Positions 1 through 10,204 of a DNA stretch of 64,000 nucleotides are shown in pieces. The number at the start of each line of letters is the position of its first letter. The first letter of the stretch is position 1. The stretch is taken from the NCBI GenBank assembly GCA_041725895.1, contig JBGRQA010000005.1, positions 141,134 to 205,133 on the forward strand, read 5' to 3'. A model generated the notes under the pieces. The model did not search any database and had not been told where the DNA came from. It saw nothing but the letters and a program-made list of their open reading frames with translations. The stretch comes from Marinifilaceae bacterium (GTDB lineage: Bacteria > Bacteroidota > Bacteroidia > Bacteroidales > Marinifilaceae). A program made the position numbers and the translations under genes.

Positions 1-1
1 T

Positions 2-637
2 AGTGACGAATTGGACGAAATCTACGGAGATATCTATTCCACTTCCTTCTCTGCTGATATCAACAAACAAAACTATTGGGATTTTACTGTAGGTGCTTTG
101 GTCCAATTCCCCACCATTCGACGCCATCGAAAGATTATTATCCATACAATGGGCTTCGCTCTGCATCATTTTACACGGCCAAAAGATTCTTTTCTGGATA
201 AGGATGGCCGTCTGCCTTTGAAATTGACTCTGCACAGCCAATCCTCTATTACCACCCGGACCTATAGCTTCAACAAAGAAGATCGTCTCCGCATTATTCC
301 TTCCCTGGTTTACCAAATACAGGGGGAAAAACTGTTTAATTCGGCGAGCTACAACAACCTCCTTTATGGAGTGGATATTCAATCCGATCCTGTTTTCGGA
401 GGAATCTGGTACAGTTCACAGGTTTTAAATAATTCCAAAAAAAATTTTAAAGCGGTCATTTTCCAGTTTGGGGTCAAACTACTATCCGACAACAAAAAAT
501 ATGTGTATCGTTTAAGCTACAGTTACGACATGTCCATCTCCAAACTTTCCAGTGTCACTCAAGGGGCTCATGAGATCAGTCTCAGTGTTGATCTTCATTT
601 TCCGGCCCGATACAAGTACAACATCTTCTCCTTTTAA
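2..637 (+). CDS. PorP/SprF-family type IX secretion membrane protein, C-terminal part (5' end lies outside the window)
   Basis: The reading frame is open to the window edge. The C-terminal signature ...SVTQGAHEISLSVDLHF resembles the conserved PorP/SprF C-terminus, and the sequence has beta-barrel-like alternating hydrophobicity. Confidence 0.6.
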   Translation, partial: SDELDEIYGDIYSTSFSADINKQNYWDFTVGALVQFPTIRRHRKIIIHTMGFALHHFTRPKDSFLDKDGRLPLKLTLHSQSSITTRTYSFNKEDRLRIIPSLVYQIQGEKLFNSASYNNLLYGVDIQSDPVFGGIWYSSQVLNNSKKNFKAVIFQFGVKLLSDNKKYVYRLSYSYDMSISKLSSVTQGAHEISLSVDLHFPARYKYNIFSF

Positions 638-730
638 TCTCTTTCCAATAATTATTCTCCTTCTCATCTCCCCAAGGAATCCAAAATTCAATTATCTTTG
701 TATGAAATGTAAAAAAGAGGACTTTAAAGC

Positions 731-1735
731 ATGGTCAGTGGATTTTCTTCCGTTACACTCCGCAACATAGATACTACTATTTTTCAGGTAGCTCCGGCCC
801 GAATTAATTTCAAAATGGTACTATCCCCTAAGGGAAGTATCGATGTTCTGTTTCGGGACCAACTCAGACCTGTGAATCTGGTGAAACAATTGCCTGTTGC
901 TTTGAAAAATTATAAAGAAGCCACCCGACCAACTCAAACACAGAAATCTAGTACTTTGGTTAGCACAGAACAAACTATCGATACACTAACAGGGAAAGAC
1001 ACTCTAGTTGAAGCCCCAATTGCAAATGAATTTACAGAATCAACATCCACGCCCCAGGAATTCGGTCTGGAAGGCACAATGGTAAAAGCCCCCAAAAGTG
1101 ATTGGATTGTTGGTATTTTGCTTTTTTCCATATTGTTAATGGCGGTAATCAAATTCTCTTATGGAAAATTTCTATCCAAAGTTATTGATTCCATCTTTAA
1201 CCACCAGGTTGCTTCCAATCTATTCAACGAAAAGAATATAAAGAATCTCCGGGGAGCAATTATCATGAACCTGATATTCTTTATTAATGCCGCCATTTTT
1301 ATAGTAGAATCCCTTAACTACTATAGCATTGCCCCAATACAAGGTCAGGGCATTCATTTGTTTCTTCTTTGTTTTCTGGGTATAGTGGGGCTTTTCCTAA
1401 TAAAATTGGTAGGTTTTGGAATCATCGGGCAAGTATCAAAATGTACCCGCGAAAGCAAAGAATATATTCACAATGTTTTCCTGTACAACAAGAACCTGGG
1501 AGTTTTTCTATTTCCTGTAATTGTTGGGATTCCTTTTATTGCGCCCTACGCTGTTCCTGTACTTATTAAAGCAGGAATATCAATAGCCGCTTTCTTTTAC
1601 ATGTTACGGCTTTTTAGGGGCTTGAAAATATTATTTAAAAAACATGTTTCAATATTTTATATGATTTTGTACCTTTGTGCACTGGAAATTTTACCCTTGC
1701 TAATGGTATACAAGCTCTTCGTTACTTTGAGCTAG
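731..1735 (+). CDS. DUF4271-like multi-pass membrane protein
   Basis: The C-terminal two thirds is a series of hydrophobic helices. It sits directly upstream of a hemD-like gene, as is typical in Bacteroidota. The exact start codon is uncertain. Confidence 0.55.
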   Translation: MVSGFSSVTLRNIDTTIFQVAPARINFKMVLSPKGSIDVLFRDQLRPVNLVKQLPVALKNYKEATRPTQTQKSSTLVSTEQTIDTLTGKDTLVEAPIANEFTESTSTPQEFGLEGTMVKAPKSDWIVGILLFSILLMAVIKFSYGKFLSKVIDSIFNHQVASNLFNEKNIKNLRGAIIMNLIFFINAAIFIVESLNYYSIAPIQGQGIHLFLLCFLGIVGLFLIKLVGFGIIGQVSKCTRESKEYIHNVFLYNKNLGVFLFPVIVGIPFIAPYAVPVLIKAGISIAAFFYMLRLFRGLKILFKKHVSIFYMILYLCALEILPLLMVYKLFVTLS

Positions 1736-1773
1736 GGATTTCATATTAATTCGTCAAACTAAATCTTACTACC

Positions 1774-2532
1774 TTGAGAATCAAGACTGTATTAGTATCA
1801 CAACCTAAACCTCAAACCGAAAAGTCCCCCTACTTTGATCTGGCTGAAAAATACAATCTCAAGATTGATTTCAGACCTTTTATCCATGTTGAGGGAGTTC
1901 CGGTAAAAGAATTTAGGCAAGAGCGTATTAATATTCTGGACCATACTGCAGTGATCTTTACGAGTAGAACAGCTGTAGATCATTTCTTCAGAATCTGCCA
2001 GGAGATGCGCGTTGATGTCCCCGATGATATGAAGTATTTCTGTATTTCAGAATCGACCGCGTTCTACTTGCAGAAATACATTGTGTATCGGAAACGAAAA
2101 ATTTTCTTCGGAGAAAAGAAATTCGAAGACTTGATGGAAATTATCTTAAAGCACAAAAACGAAAAATTTCTTGTGCCTCTTTCGGATATTCACAAGCAAT
2201 CGATTCCAAACCTTTTGGACAAGAATAAGATTAAATATACCAAAGCAATTCTGTATCGTACAGTGAGTAGCGACCTTTCAGATTTGAAAGATGTGAATTA
2301 CGATGTTTTGGTTTTCTATAGTCCTTCCGGAATTAAATCTTTGCTTCAGAATTTCCCGGATTTTGTACAAAATGAGACCAAGATTGCCTCGTTTGGCCCT
2401 TCTACTGCAAAAGCGGTAAAAGATGCCGATTTACGTTTGGACATCCAGGCTCCTATGCCACAAGCTCCTTCAATGACGATGGCTTTGGATCAATTTGTTA
2501 AGAAATTCAACAAATCCAACAAGGATAAATAA
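1774..2532 (+). CDS. hemD: uroporphyrinogen-III synthase family protein
   Basis: 252 aa with a TTG start. The N-terminus VLVSQPKP...DFRPFIHVEGV and the two-lobe HemD-like layout match the Bacteroidota HemD family. Followed by an intrinsic terminator. Confidence 0.7.
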   Translation: MRIKTVLVSQPKPQTEKSPYFDLAEKYNLKIDFRPFIHVEGVPVKEFRQERINILDHTAVIFTSRTAVDHFFRICQEMRVDVPDDMKYFCISESTAFYLQKYIVYRKRKIFFGEKKFEDLMEIILKHKNEKFLVPLSDIHKQSIPNLLDKNKIKYTKAILYRTVSSDLSDLKDVNYDVLVFYSPSGIKSLLQNFPDFVQNETKIASFGPSTAKAVKDADLRLDIQAPMPQAPSMTMALDQFVKKFNKSNKDK

Positions 2533-2557
2533 GCTATTCATCATATCTTACAGAAAA

Positions 2558-2583
2558 AAGGGGAATAATCTTCCCCTTTTTTT
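2558..2583 (+). terminator. rho-independent terminator after hemD
   Basis: Hairpin AAGGGGAA-taatc-TTCCCCTT followed by a T-run. Confidence 0.7.
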
Positions 2584-2607
2584 AATCTTTCAGCCCAACG
2601 AAATACC

Positions 2608-3030
2608 ATGGAAAATACGCGGTTCACTTTTTCTAAAGCCGAACGCTTAACCAACAAAACCCTAATCGAAGAATTGTTCTCCGATAGCAACAGTTTTGTT
2701 ACCTACCCCTTTCGTATCGTTTGGAAAGAAGCAGAACTTCCTTCAAACTTTCCTGCCCAGGTAGCCGTAAGCGTATCCAAAAGATGCTTCAAACGGGCTG
2801 TGAAACGAAATTTGATAAAGAGAAGAATACGGGAAATCTATCGCCTAAACAAACACCCTTTCTACCAGGAATTGGTCAAACGGAATATCCAAATCTCCTT
2901 TATGATCGTATACCTACCCAGAACAATTCTACCATCCGCTGAAATGGAGCCACGGTTAAAGGCTGCCCTTCAGAAAATTATCAGAGAGTATGAGAAACGT
3001 CATCCTATTTCTACTGATTCTGCCGATTAA
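2608..3030 (+). CDS. rnpA: ribonuclease P protein component
   Basis: A 140-aa basic protein with the [15 protein letters not shown] motif (RNR-like box). It lies immediately upstream of yidD, the conserved arrangement. Confidence 0.85.
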   Translation: MENTRFTFSKAERLTNKTLIEELFSDSNSFVTYPFRIVWKEAELPSNFPAQVAVSVSKRCFKRAVKRNLIKRRIREIYRLNKHPFYQELVKRNIQISFMIVYLPRTILPSAEMEPRLKAALQKIIREYEKRHPISTDSAD

Positions 3031-3211
3031 ATTCTATCAGTACTTTATTTCTCCCCTGACCCCCTCCGCCTGCAGGTACACCCCCACCTGTTCCAGTTAT
3101 GCCATTCAGGCCCTCAAAAAGCATGGTCCTATCAAGGGAAGCTATTTAGCCATAAAACGAATCCTATCCTGTCATCCATGGGGAGGACACGGGCATGATC
3201 CAGTCCCTTAG
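2990..3211 (+). CDS. yidD: membrane protein insertion efficiency factor YidD
   Basis: Contains the YidD hallmark YQ.FISP....[11 protein letters not shown]...HG...G......RI..CHP. Confidence 0.9.
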   Translation: MRNVILFLLILPIKFYQYFISPLTPSACRYTPTCSSYAIQALKKHGPIKGSYLAIKRILSCHPWGGHGHDPVP

Positions 3212-3495
3212 CCTCTGTTGCATTCCTTCAAAATCCGGTTCCTCATTATTTCCAATTGGCTCACATCTAATAGTTTTCACTTCCAAGCGGTTAATAAATG
3301 TTAAAGAGGATAACATTTACTGCCTTAATCATTATATTTGTTTGGGTTGTTTTATATGACTTACAGCTATTTCACGGAATCAAATTTGACAAAATTTGAA
3401 ACCTTAGCTTTCATATTTACATATATGTCATAAGGTCGGGAGTATTTCAATTTCCTTCCATCTTCCCATCATTTCAATTAATAAAATCGAATCAA

Positions 3496-5187
3496 ATGAA
3501 ATACATGAATCGCCTTAAAAAGAGTGGAGTTTTCTGGCTCATCATACTGTTGATTGGAAGTAGCGTAGCTTTCTGGGGTTTCAACAGGGATGAACGAAAT
3601 TTTGAAATCAGCAAAAACCTAAACATTTACTATACTCTCTTCAGAGAGTTGAATCTGTTTTATGTAGATGAAATAGAACCGGGAGATCTGGTAAAAAAGA
3701 GTATGGATGCCATGCTTTCCTCACTGGATCCCTACACAACCTATATTCCCGAATCGGAAATAGAAGATTTTAAGCTCATGACAACAGGAGAGTACGCTGG
3801 TATCGGAGCTCTTATCAGTAAACACAAGGAAGATGTAATTATCGCAGAACCCTATGAGGGATTCCCTGCAGATAAGGCCGGATTGAAAGCCGGAGATGTC
3901 CTTTTGGAGATCAACGGAACTAAGATACAGGGAAAATCCACTTCGGATGTGAGCAACCTGCTGAAGGGACAACCCAATATGCCCCTGACGATCAAAATTA
4001 AAAGGTTCGGAGAAAAGAAACCCTTAGAGAAAAAACTAATCCGTGAACATATTCAACTGGAATGTGTTCCCTACTTCGGAATGGTTTCCGATTCAATAGG
4101 TTACATCCATTTGAATCAATTCACCAATAAGGCAACCCGGGAAGTAAAAGAAGCCCTCCAGGAACTAAAAAAGCAGAATGCCAAAAGTATTGTGCTTGAT
4201 TTAAGAGGAAATCCGGGAGGACTGCTTGACCAAGCCATTGAAATTGTGAATTTGTTTGTTGACAAAGGCAATGAGATTGTAAGTACAAAGGGAAAAGTAT
4301 CCAAATGGGATAAATCCTATGTTGCCACCCGTACTCCTGTAGATTCGGAAATTCCAGTGGCCGTTTTGGTAAGCCGTGGTTCGGCTTCCGCATCTGAAAT
4401 TGTTTCAGGAGCCCTTCAGGACCTAGACAGAGGTGTTGTCATTGGACAACGTACATTTGGAAAAGGATTGGTTCAAACGACCCGTAACCTCTCCTACAAC
4501 GCCAAATTAAAGGTTACCACAGCCAAATACTACATCCCAAGCGGAAGATGTATTCAGGCGCTGGATTACAGCCATAGAAACGAAGATGGTAGCGTCGGAA
4601 AAGTTCCCGATTCATTGATTACCGAATACAATACTAAGAATGGACGAAAAGTGTATGACGGAGGTGGTATCCTTCCTGATATTCAAATTACTCCTGAAAA
4701 ATACAGCAATCTGGCCATTCACCTGATTCGGAAATTTATGATTTTTGATTTCGCCACGCGGTACACCAACAATCACGAGAACATCGCTCCGGCAAAGGAC
4801 TTCCTTATTTCAGACGCGGACTACGAATCGTTCCGAAACTATCTAAAGGAACAGAAATTCAGCTATGAATCGGAAAGCGAAGAGCTACTGAAACAATTGC
4901 AAAAAGTTGCAAAAGAGGAGAAATATCACGGCAATGCAGCTAAAGAATTTGAATCCCTGGGATTAAAACTTGCTCATAACCTGGACCGTGATCTTGATGC
5001 TTTTAAAAATGAAATTAAAGACTTGATTTCCCAGGAGATTGTTAAGCGTTACTACTACCAGAAAGGTGGAATTGTATATGCCCTAAGCAACGATAAAACT
5101 CTGGAAAGAGCTATTGAGGTATTACAAACCCCTAAGGAGTACAATGGCATTCTGGATGGATCCATTACCACAGAAAAAAAGAAATAG
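3496..5187 (+). CDS. ctp: S41 family C-terminal processing peptidase with PDZ domain
   Basis: N-terminal TM segment, PDZ segment GFPADKAGLKAGDVLLEING, and S41 catalytic region SRGSASASEIVSGALQD...GQRTFGKG. Confidence 0.85.
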   Translation: MKYMNRLKKSGVFWLIILLIGSSVAFWGFNRDERNFEISKNLNIYYTLFRELNLFYVDEIEPGDLVKKSMDAMLSSLDPYTTYIPESEIEDFKLMTTGEYAGIGALISKHKEDVIIAEPYEGFPADKAGLKAGDVLLEINGTKIQGKSTSDVSNLLKGQPNMPLTIKIKRFGEKKPLEKKLIREHIQLECVPYFGMVSDSIGYIHLNQFTNKATREVKEALQELKKQNAKSIVLDLRGNPGGLLDQAIEIVNLFVDKGNEIVSTKGKVSKWDKSYVATRTPVDSEIPVAVLVSRGSASASEIVSGALQDLDRGVVIGQRTFGKGLVQTTRNLSYNAKLKVTTAKYYIPSGRCIQALDYSHRNEDGSVGKVPDSLITEYNTKNGRKVYDGGGILPDIQITPEKYSNLAIHLIRKFMIFDFATRYTNNHENIAPAKDFLISDADYESFRNYLKEQKFSYESESEELLKQLQKVAKEEKYHGNAAKEFESLGLKLAHNLDRDLDAFKNEIKDLISQEIVKRYYYQKGGIVYALSNDKTLERAIEVLQTPKEYNGILDGSITTEKKK

Positions 5188-5202
5188 AACTTCATTAAAT
5201 AA

Positions 5203-5243
5203 AAAGAAAGCCCCTTACGAATAATCGTAAGGGGCTTTCTTTT
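5203..5243. terminator. bidirectional terminator between convergent ctp and polA
   Basis: 16-bp perfect stem AGAAAGCCCCTTACGA-ataa-TCGTAAGGGGCTTTCT, flanked by an A-run and a T-run. Confidence 0.8.
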
Positions 5244-5259
5244 GTACTTCTCTCCTATA

Positions 5260-8064
5260 TTAATGAGCCTCCAGCCAGTTTTCACCAACTCCCATATCAA
5301 TGGTCAATGGCACACTTAACTTGACTGCATTCTCCATTTCTTCCTTCAAAATGATCTTCATTTGGTCCAGTTCAGACTTCAGGCAATCAAAGTTCAATTC
5401 ATCGTGCACCTGAATAATCATACGGGATTTTAGCCCCTCCTTCTGCATTCTTCGATACACTTTGATCATTGCCATTTTTATCACATCGGCCGCCGATCCC
5501 TGGATAGGAGCATTAATGGCATTCCGTTCGGCCACTCCCCTCACAATCGCATTACTGGAGTTAATGTCCTTCAGGTAGCGACGTCGCCCCATAAAGGTCT
5601 CCACAAACTCATTTTTACGCGCTATCTCCACACTTTCATCCATAAAGGCCTTGACCCTTGGATAGGTTTCAAAATAGCCTGTAATCAGCTCTTTTCCCTC
5701 CTTACGGGAAATGTCCAATCGCTCCGCCAAGCCCCAGGCTGAAATACCGTATATGATACCAAAGTTTGCTGTCTTGGCTCGGTTACGCATCTCTCTTGTC
5801 ACATCGGCATCATCCAGCTTATATATTTTCGCAGCCGTTGCAGTATGGATGTCTGCATTCTGGTTAAAAGCTTCCACCATTTGCTCATCCTGACTCATAT
5901 GGGCCATCAGACGCAATTCCACCTGGGAGTAGTCAGCCGACAGAAATGTATGCTCCTCGTCGGAGGGAACAAATGCCTTTCGAATGTATCTCCCCTGCTC
6001 TGTCCGGATTGGAATATTCTGCAGGTTGGGATTGGTGGAACTCAAACGACCGGTTGCAGCTTCTGCCTGGTTAAATGATGTATGAATCTTTCCTGATTTG
6101 GAATTGATATAGGTTGGCAAAGCTTCAACGTAAGTTGATATCAATTTCTTTAAAGAACGGAAATCCAATATTTTTTCAATGATTTCATGCTTGCCTTTCA
6201 GTTTCATCAATACCGGTTCGGAAGTAGAATACTGCCCCGATTTGGTCTTTTTCGCCTTACTATCCAACTGAAGCTTATCAAAAAGAATTTCGCCCAACTG
6301 TTTCGGTGAAGCCACATTAAAATCCTGACCTGCCAGATCGATAATCTCTTTCTCCAATGTTGCCACCTTTGCATTCAATTCACCGGCATAATCCTTCAGG
6401 GTATCCACATCGATACGAACCCCGTAGAATTCCATATCCGCTAGAATTTCAACAAGAGGCATCTCCACTTCTTCATAAAGTTCATCCAGCTTGTTCTCCT
6501 TCATTCGTGCCTCCAGCACCTCCTTCAATTGAATAATCACATCCACCTCTTCACACATTCTGTCGCGAAGCTGTGAATCATCCTCCATCATTAGACTCAA
6601 CTGGGCTTTTCCTCTCCCTTTCTTCTCCTCCTCGATCAATTTATAGTTCAAATCATATTGACTGATATAGGAAAGCTCGTGTTTCAATTCGGGTTGAATT
6701 AAATAATGAGCAAGCATGGTATCGAAAAACGGCCCTCGCAACTCCATTCCAAACCATTTAAAGATAAGCAAGTCTTTTTTGATGTCGTGAGCAATTTTCA
6801 AAATCTTTTCATCCTGAAAAATATGCCGGAACTCCTCCACCACTTTTTTGGCCTTCTCAAAATTTTGCGGAATGGGCACATAGTATGCCTCATTTTTTTT
6901 AAAACAGAAAGCAAAACCGAGCAGTTGGGCAGTGTTCGGATCAGAATCACTCAAAATTGATTTAAAAGCAAATTCTTTCTGCACACATAAATCAGCTTTC
7001 AAGTCTCTTCTTACCTCCTCATTATCAACCACAAAATAATTGCATTCTGTTTGACTTAAATCTCTGAGAATCTCTTCCTTTTTTTCCTCCGTATCAATGG
7101 CTTTGGATAGAGAGCTCTCAGAGCCGGTTAATGAGGCCTGCCCTGGGCTTTCAACATTTTCCCCTTTTCCGTATTTGGCAAACACTCTTTCAGCAAGTGT
7201 AAAAAACTCTAATTCCTTAAAAAGTGGTGTCAGCACTTCTTTGTTAATATCTATGATTTTATATTCATCTTCATTAAAATCTATGGGAGCATTCAGTGCA
7301 ATTCGTGCAAGCACTTTTGAAAACTTCACCTGCTCTTCATTGGCTTCCACTTTTTCTTTCTGCTTCCCTTTTAATTTTTCAGTATTCTCATACAGGCCTT
7401 CGATGCTTCCGTAGGTTCCGATTAATTTTTGAGCAGTTTTAGGTCCAATTCCCGGACACCCCGGAATGTTATCTGCTGTATCGCCCATCAAACCCAATAT
7501 GTCGATCACCTGTTCGGGGGTATCTACACCAAAAACTTCCTTTACTTCAGGGATTCCTAGTACTTCTACTTCTTTTCCCGATCGCTTGGGCTTGTACATG
7601 AAGATATTCTCAGATACCAGCTGGGCATAATCCTTATCGGGGGTCATCATGTAAACCGTGTATCCTTCCTTTTCGGCTTTCTTGGCCAAAGTCCCGATCA
7701 CATCATCCGCCTCAAAACCGGAAACACTTACTTCCGGAATGTTAAAACCTTTGATTATTTGCTTGATGTAAGGAATTGATGCTCTTAAGTCCTCTGGCAT
7801 GGGAGGACGCTGAGCCTTGTACTCCTTGAACATTTCATGTCGAAAAGTTGGTCCCTCCGGATCGAACACCACAGCAATATGCGAGGGTTGTTCCTTCTCC
7901 AGCACCTCCATCAGGGTATTGGTGAACCCCAACATAGCGGATGTATTTAAACCTTTGGACGAATATCTGGGGTTTTTGATGAAAGCATAGTAAGATCTGT
8001 AGATCAAGGCAAAAGCGTCCAAGAGAAACAACTTCTTACCTGGATTTGAACTGGATGAATGCAT
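5260..8064 (-). CDS. polA: DNA polymerase I
   Basis: 934 aa. It has an N-terminal 5'-3' exonuclease region and polymerase motifs A (DYSQVELRLMAH), B (RNRAKTANFGIIYG) and C (QVHDEL). Confidence 0.97.
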   Translation of the reverse strand: MHSSSSNPGKKLFLLDAFALIYRSYYAFIKNPRYSSKGLNTSAMLGFTNTLMEVLEKEQPSHIAVVFDPEGPTFRHEMFKEYKAQRPPMPEDLRASIPYIKQIIKGFNIPEVSVSGFEADDVIGTLAKKAEKEGYTVYMMTPDKDYAQLVSENIFMYKPKRSGKEVEVLGIPEVKEVFGVDTPEQVIDILGLMGDTADNIPGCPGIGPKTAQKLIGTYGSIEGLYENTEKLKGKQKEKVEANEEQVKFSKVLARIALNAPIDFNEDEYKIIDINKEVLTPLFKELEFFTLAERVFAKYGKGENVESPGQASLTGSESSLSKAIDTEEKKEEILRDLSQTECNYFVVDNEEVRRDLKADLCVQKEFAFKSILSDSDPNTAQLLGFAFCFKKNEAYYVPIPQNFEKAKKVVEEFRHIFQDEKILKIAHDIKKDLLIFKWFGMELRGPFFDTMLAHYLIQPELKHELSYISQYDLNYKLIEEEKKGRGKAQLSLMMEDDSQLRDRMCEEVDVIIQLKEVLEARMKENKLDELYEEVEMPLVEILADMEFYGVRIDVDTLKDYAGELNAKVATLEKEIIDLAGQDFNVASPKQLGEILFDKLQLDSKAKKTKSGQYSTSEPVLMKLKGKHEIIEKILDFRSLKKLISTYVEALPTYINSKSGKIHTSFNQAEAATGRLSSTNPNLQNIPIRTEQGRYIRKAFVPSDEEHTFLSADYSQVELRLMAHMSQDEQMVEAFNQNADIHTATAAKIYKLDDADVTREMRNRAKTANFGIIYGISAWGLAERLDISRKEGKELITGYFETYPRVKAFMDESVEIARKNEFVETFMGRRRYLKDINSSNAIVRGVAERNAINAPIQGSAADVIKMAMIKVYRRMQKEGLKSRMIIQVHDELNFDCLKSELDQMKIILKEEMENAVKLSVPLTIDMGVGENWLEAH

Positions 8065-8113
8065 AATAGAATTTTAAATAATCAATTGTTAACTAACACA
8101 AAATTACAATATA

Positions 8114-8146
8114 AACAAAAAAAACCCGAAATCACTTTCGGGTTTT
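8114..8146 (-). terminator. rho-independent terminator after queD
   Basis: Stem AAAACCCGAAA-tcac-TTTCGGGTTTT, with a T-run on the minus strand. Confidence 0.7.
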
Positions 8147-8182
8147 CTATCAAAATATTGTTTGATCGCTATCCTGATGGAT

Positions 8183-8632
8183 TTATTCGTTATCCGCGGC
8201 ATACCACTCAGCAAAGGAACTTGCTGTCTCGTGTAATTTAAGGGAATGCAATTGTATGCGTTCCGGAAGCTGTTTTTTTATTCTTTCGGCAAAATCAACA
8301 ATCATGTTTTCACAGGTTGGTTGATAGTCCACATAGAAATGACGGTCGAACATTTGCGGAATGTTTAACTGCTCCAGGTTAGGGGTACTCTTATTCAAAA
8401 CAATAGCATGGTCCAAAACATCCACAATTTCACCACACACAATTTGTTTCAAATCACCAAAATCCATAACCATACCCAATTTGGGATCGGCGATATCTGA
8501 AATAGGCTCCCCAATAACAGTAACGTACAGTATGTAGGAATGTCCATGAATGTTACGACACAATCCGTCGTAATTCCAAAGTGCATGTGCCATTTCGAAC
8601 CGAAACTCTTTGGTCAATCTAATTTTCGCCAT
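8183..8632 (-). CDS. queD: 6-carboxytetrahydropterin synthase (6-pyruvoyl-tetrahydropterin synthase family)
   Basis: FRFEMAHAL...CRNIHGHSY zinc-ligand pattern, and a size of 149 aa. Confidence 0.85.
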   Translation of the reverse strand: MAKIRLTKEFRFEMAHALWNYDGLCRNIHGHSYILYVTVIGEPISDIADPKLGMVMDFGDLKQIVCGEIVDVLDHAIVLNKSTPNLEQLNIPQMFDRHFYVDYQPTCENMIVDFAERIKKQLPERIQLHSLKLHETASSFAEWYAADNE

Positions 8633-8703
8633 CTATCTCCTCTTCTAAAATCATCAATAATAAAGAAAGACCAGTTTCTCAACTGGTCCATCAAATGTTT
8701 TTC

Positions 8704-9003
8704 TTATCCCATTGTGCATTTGGTAACACAATCGACAATGTTGCTAAGGCTGCAGTGTCTCAGGAAGTAGTAGGTGTTCTTTCCTTCACGTTTTGAAGAC
8801 AAAACCCCTTTGTCTTTCAAAATTCCCAAATGGTGAGAAGTTGTAGACTGCTCTATATTTAACAATTCATGGATTTCAGTTACCGTCAATTTTTTCCCAT
8901 CTTCCAAATAGCCCAAGATAGCAATACGCATTGGGTGCGCAATAGCTTTGAGCATATTGGCAGCTCGCTCCAATTTCTCGGGATTCAATTCATTCACTTT
9001 CAT
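8704..9003 (-). CDS. ArsR/SmtB family transcriptional regulator
   Basis: Winged-HTH signature HPMRIAILGYL...LTVTEIHELLNIEQSTTSHHLGILKDKGVL. Confidence 0.85.
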   Translation of the reverse strand: MKVNELNPEKLERAANMLKAIAHPMRIAILGYLEDGKKLTVTEIHELLNIEQSTTSHHLGILKDKGVLSSKREGKNTYYFLRHCSLSNIVDCVTKCTMG

Positions 9004-9170
9004 TATATACTCAGATTAAACACGTTAAATTATCAAATGCAAATATATAAATATATTCGACAATGTTCTAAGCAATCATATCGAAATATTTAAATTTCTC
9101 ATTTCTTAGATAATTTATTTAAAGTCTTAATAAAAACAGTGTATTTGTGGTCTAAATTTAATTATTACCT

Positions 9171-10166
9171 TTGAAAACTATGACACTGAAAAAGCCAACT
9201 ACCAAGCTTATACAAGCTCCCATTAAGGAAGAGATGAAAGAATTCGAAGGATTTTTTCGTGCCTCCATGAAGAGTCGCATCCGCTTGCTGGATATTATCA
9301 ATAACTATATTATTAAGCGAAAAGGGAAAGAAATGCGCCCTATGCTCGTATTTCTTACGGCCCAATTGACTGGAAAGGTTCAAAAATCTACTTATACCGC
9401 TGCTGCACTTACTCAACTCCTTCATACGGCGACCCTAATTCACGATGATGTTGTAGACGAAGCTTACGAGCGCAGAGGTTTCTTCTCTATCAATGCTTTG
9501 TGGAAGTCCAAGGTAGCAGTTCTGGTTGGTGACTTCCTACTCTCCAAAGGGTTGCTACTAGCGTTGGAAAACAATGAATTTGAGCTTTTAAAAGTGGTTT
9601 CGGAAGCAGTTCGTGAAATGAGTGAAGGAGAACTGTTGCAGATTGAAAAATCTCGCAAATTGGACATTACCGAAGAGGTTTACTTTGAAATCATCCATAA
9701 AAAAACGGCAAGCTTAATTGCCTCGTGCACCTGGCAGGGTGCCCTTTCGGCCGGAGCCGACGAAGCAACCTGTTTGAAGATGAAACGTTTCGGTGAATAC
9801 CTTGGCATTGCGTTTCAGATTAAGGATGATCTTTTTGATTATGAGAAACAGGGGGATATTGGCAAGCCCACAGGAAACGATATTAAGGAGAAGAAAATGA
9901 CACTTCCCCTAATTGCCGTTCTAAAAAATGTTACTCCATCAGATCGTCGCTGGATGCTTCGAATTGTAAAAAAACACAATAAGAATTCAGAGAAAGTTAA
10001 CGAATTGATTCAATTTGTTAAGGACAAGGGGGGACTGGAATATACACGTCAAAAAATGATCGAGTATAAAGAAAAGGCGATGGCAATACTGCAGGATTTT
10101 CCTGATTCGGAAACCAAACTTGCATTGGAAACGATGGTAGAATATACTATATCAAGAAGTAAATAG
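9171..10166 (+). CDS. ispB: polyprenyl diphosphate synthase (octaprenyl/heptaprenyl type)
   Basis: Two aspartate-rich motifs, LIHDDVVDE and FQIKDDLFD. Chain-length specificity cannot be determined from sequence. Confidence 0.85.
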   Translation: MKTMTLKKPTTKLIQAPIKEEMKEFEGFFRASMKSRIRLLDIINNYIIKRKGKEMRPMLVFLTAQLTGKVQKSTYTAAALTQLLHTATLIHDDVVDEAYERRGFFSINALWKSKVAVLVGDFLLSKGLLLALENNEFELLKVVSEAVREMSEGELLQIEKSRKLDITEEVYFEIIHKKTASLIASCTWQGALSAGADEATCLKMKRFGEYLGIAFQIKDDLFDYEKQGDIGKPTGNDIKEKKMTLPLIAVLKNVTPSDRRWMLRIVKKHNKNSEKVNELIQFVKDKGGLEYTRQKMIEYKEKAMAILQDFPDSETKLALETMVEYTISRSK

Positions 10167-10204
10167 CATAATTGTTATAGGCATAATGAAAGTAATGGCC
10201 CATA

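Noticed and set aside
552-770. A 72-aa ORF bridging the PorP/SprF gene end and the DUF4271 gene start.
   Set aside because: It overlaps the better-supported PorP/SprF frame and has no independent signals.
2990-3030. The 41-nt overlap between rnpA and yidD, as a possible frameshift or fusion.
   Set aside because: Both frames give complete, full-length family members. Overlap or tight coupling of rnpA and yidD is common, although the true yidD start could be slightly downstream.
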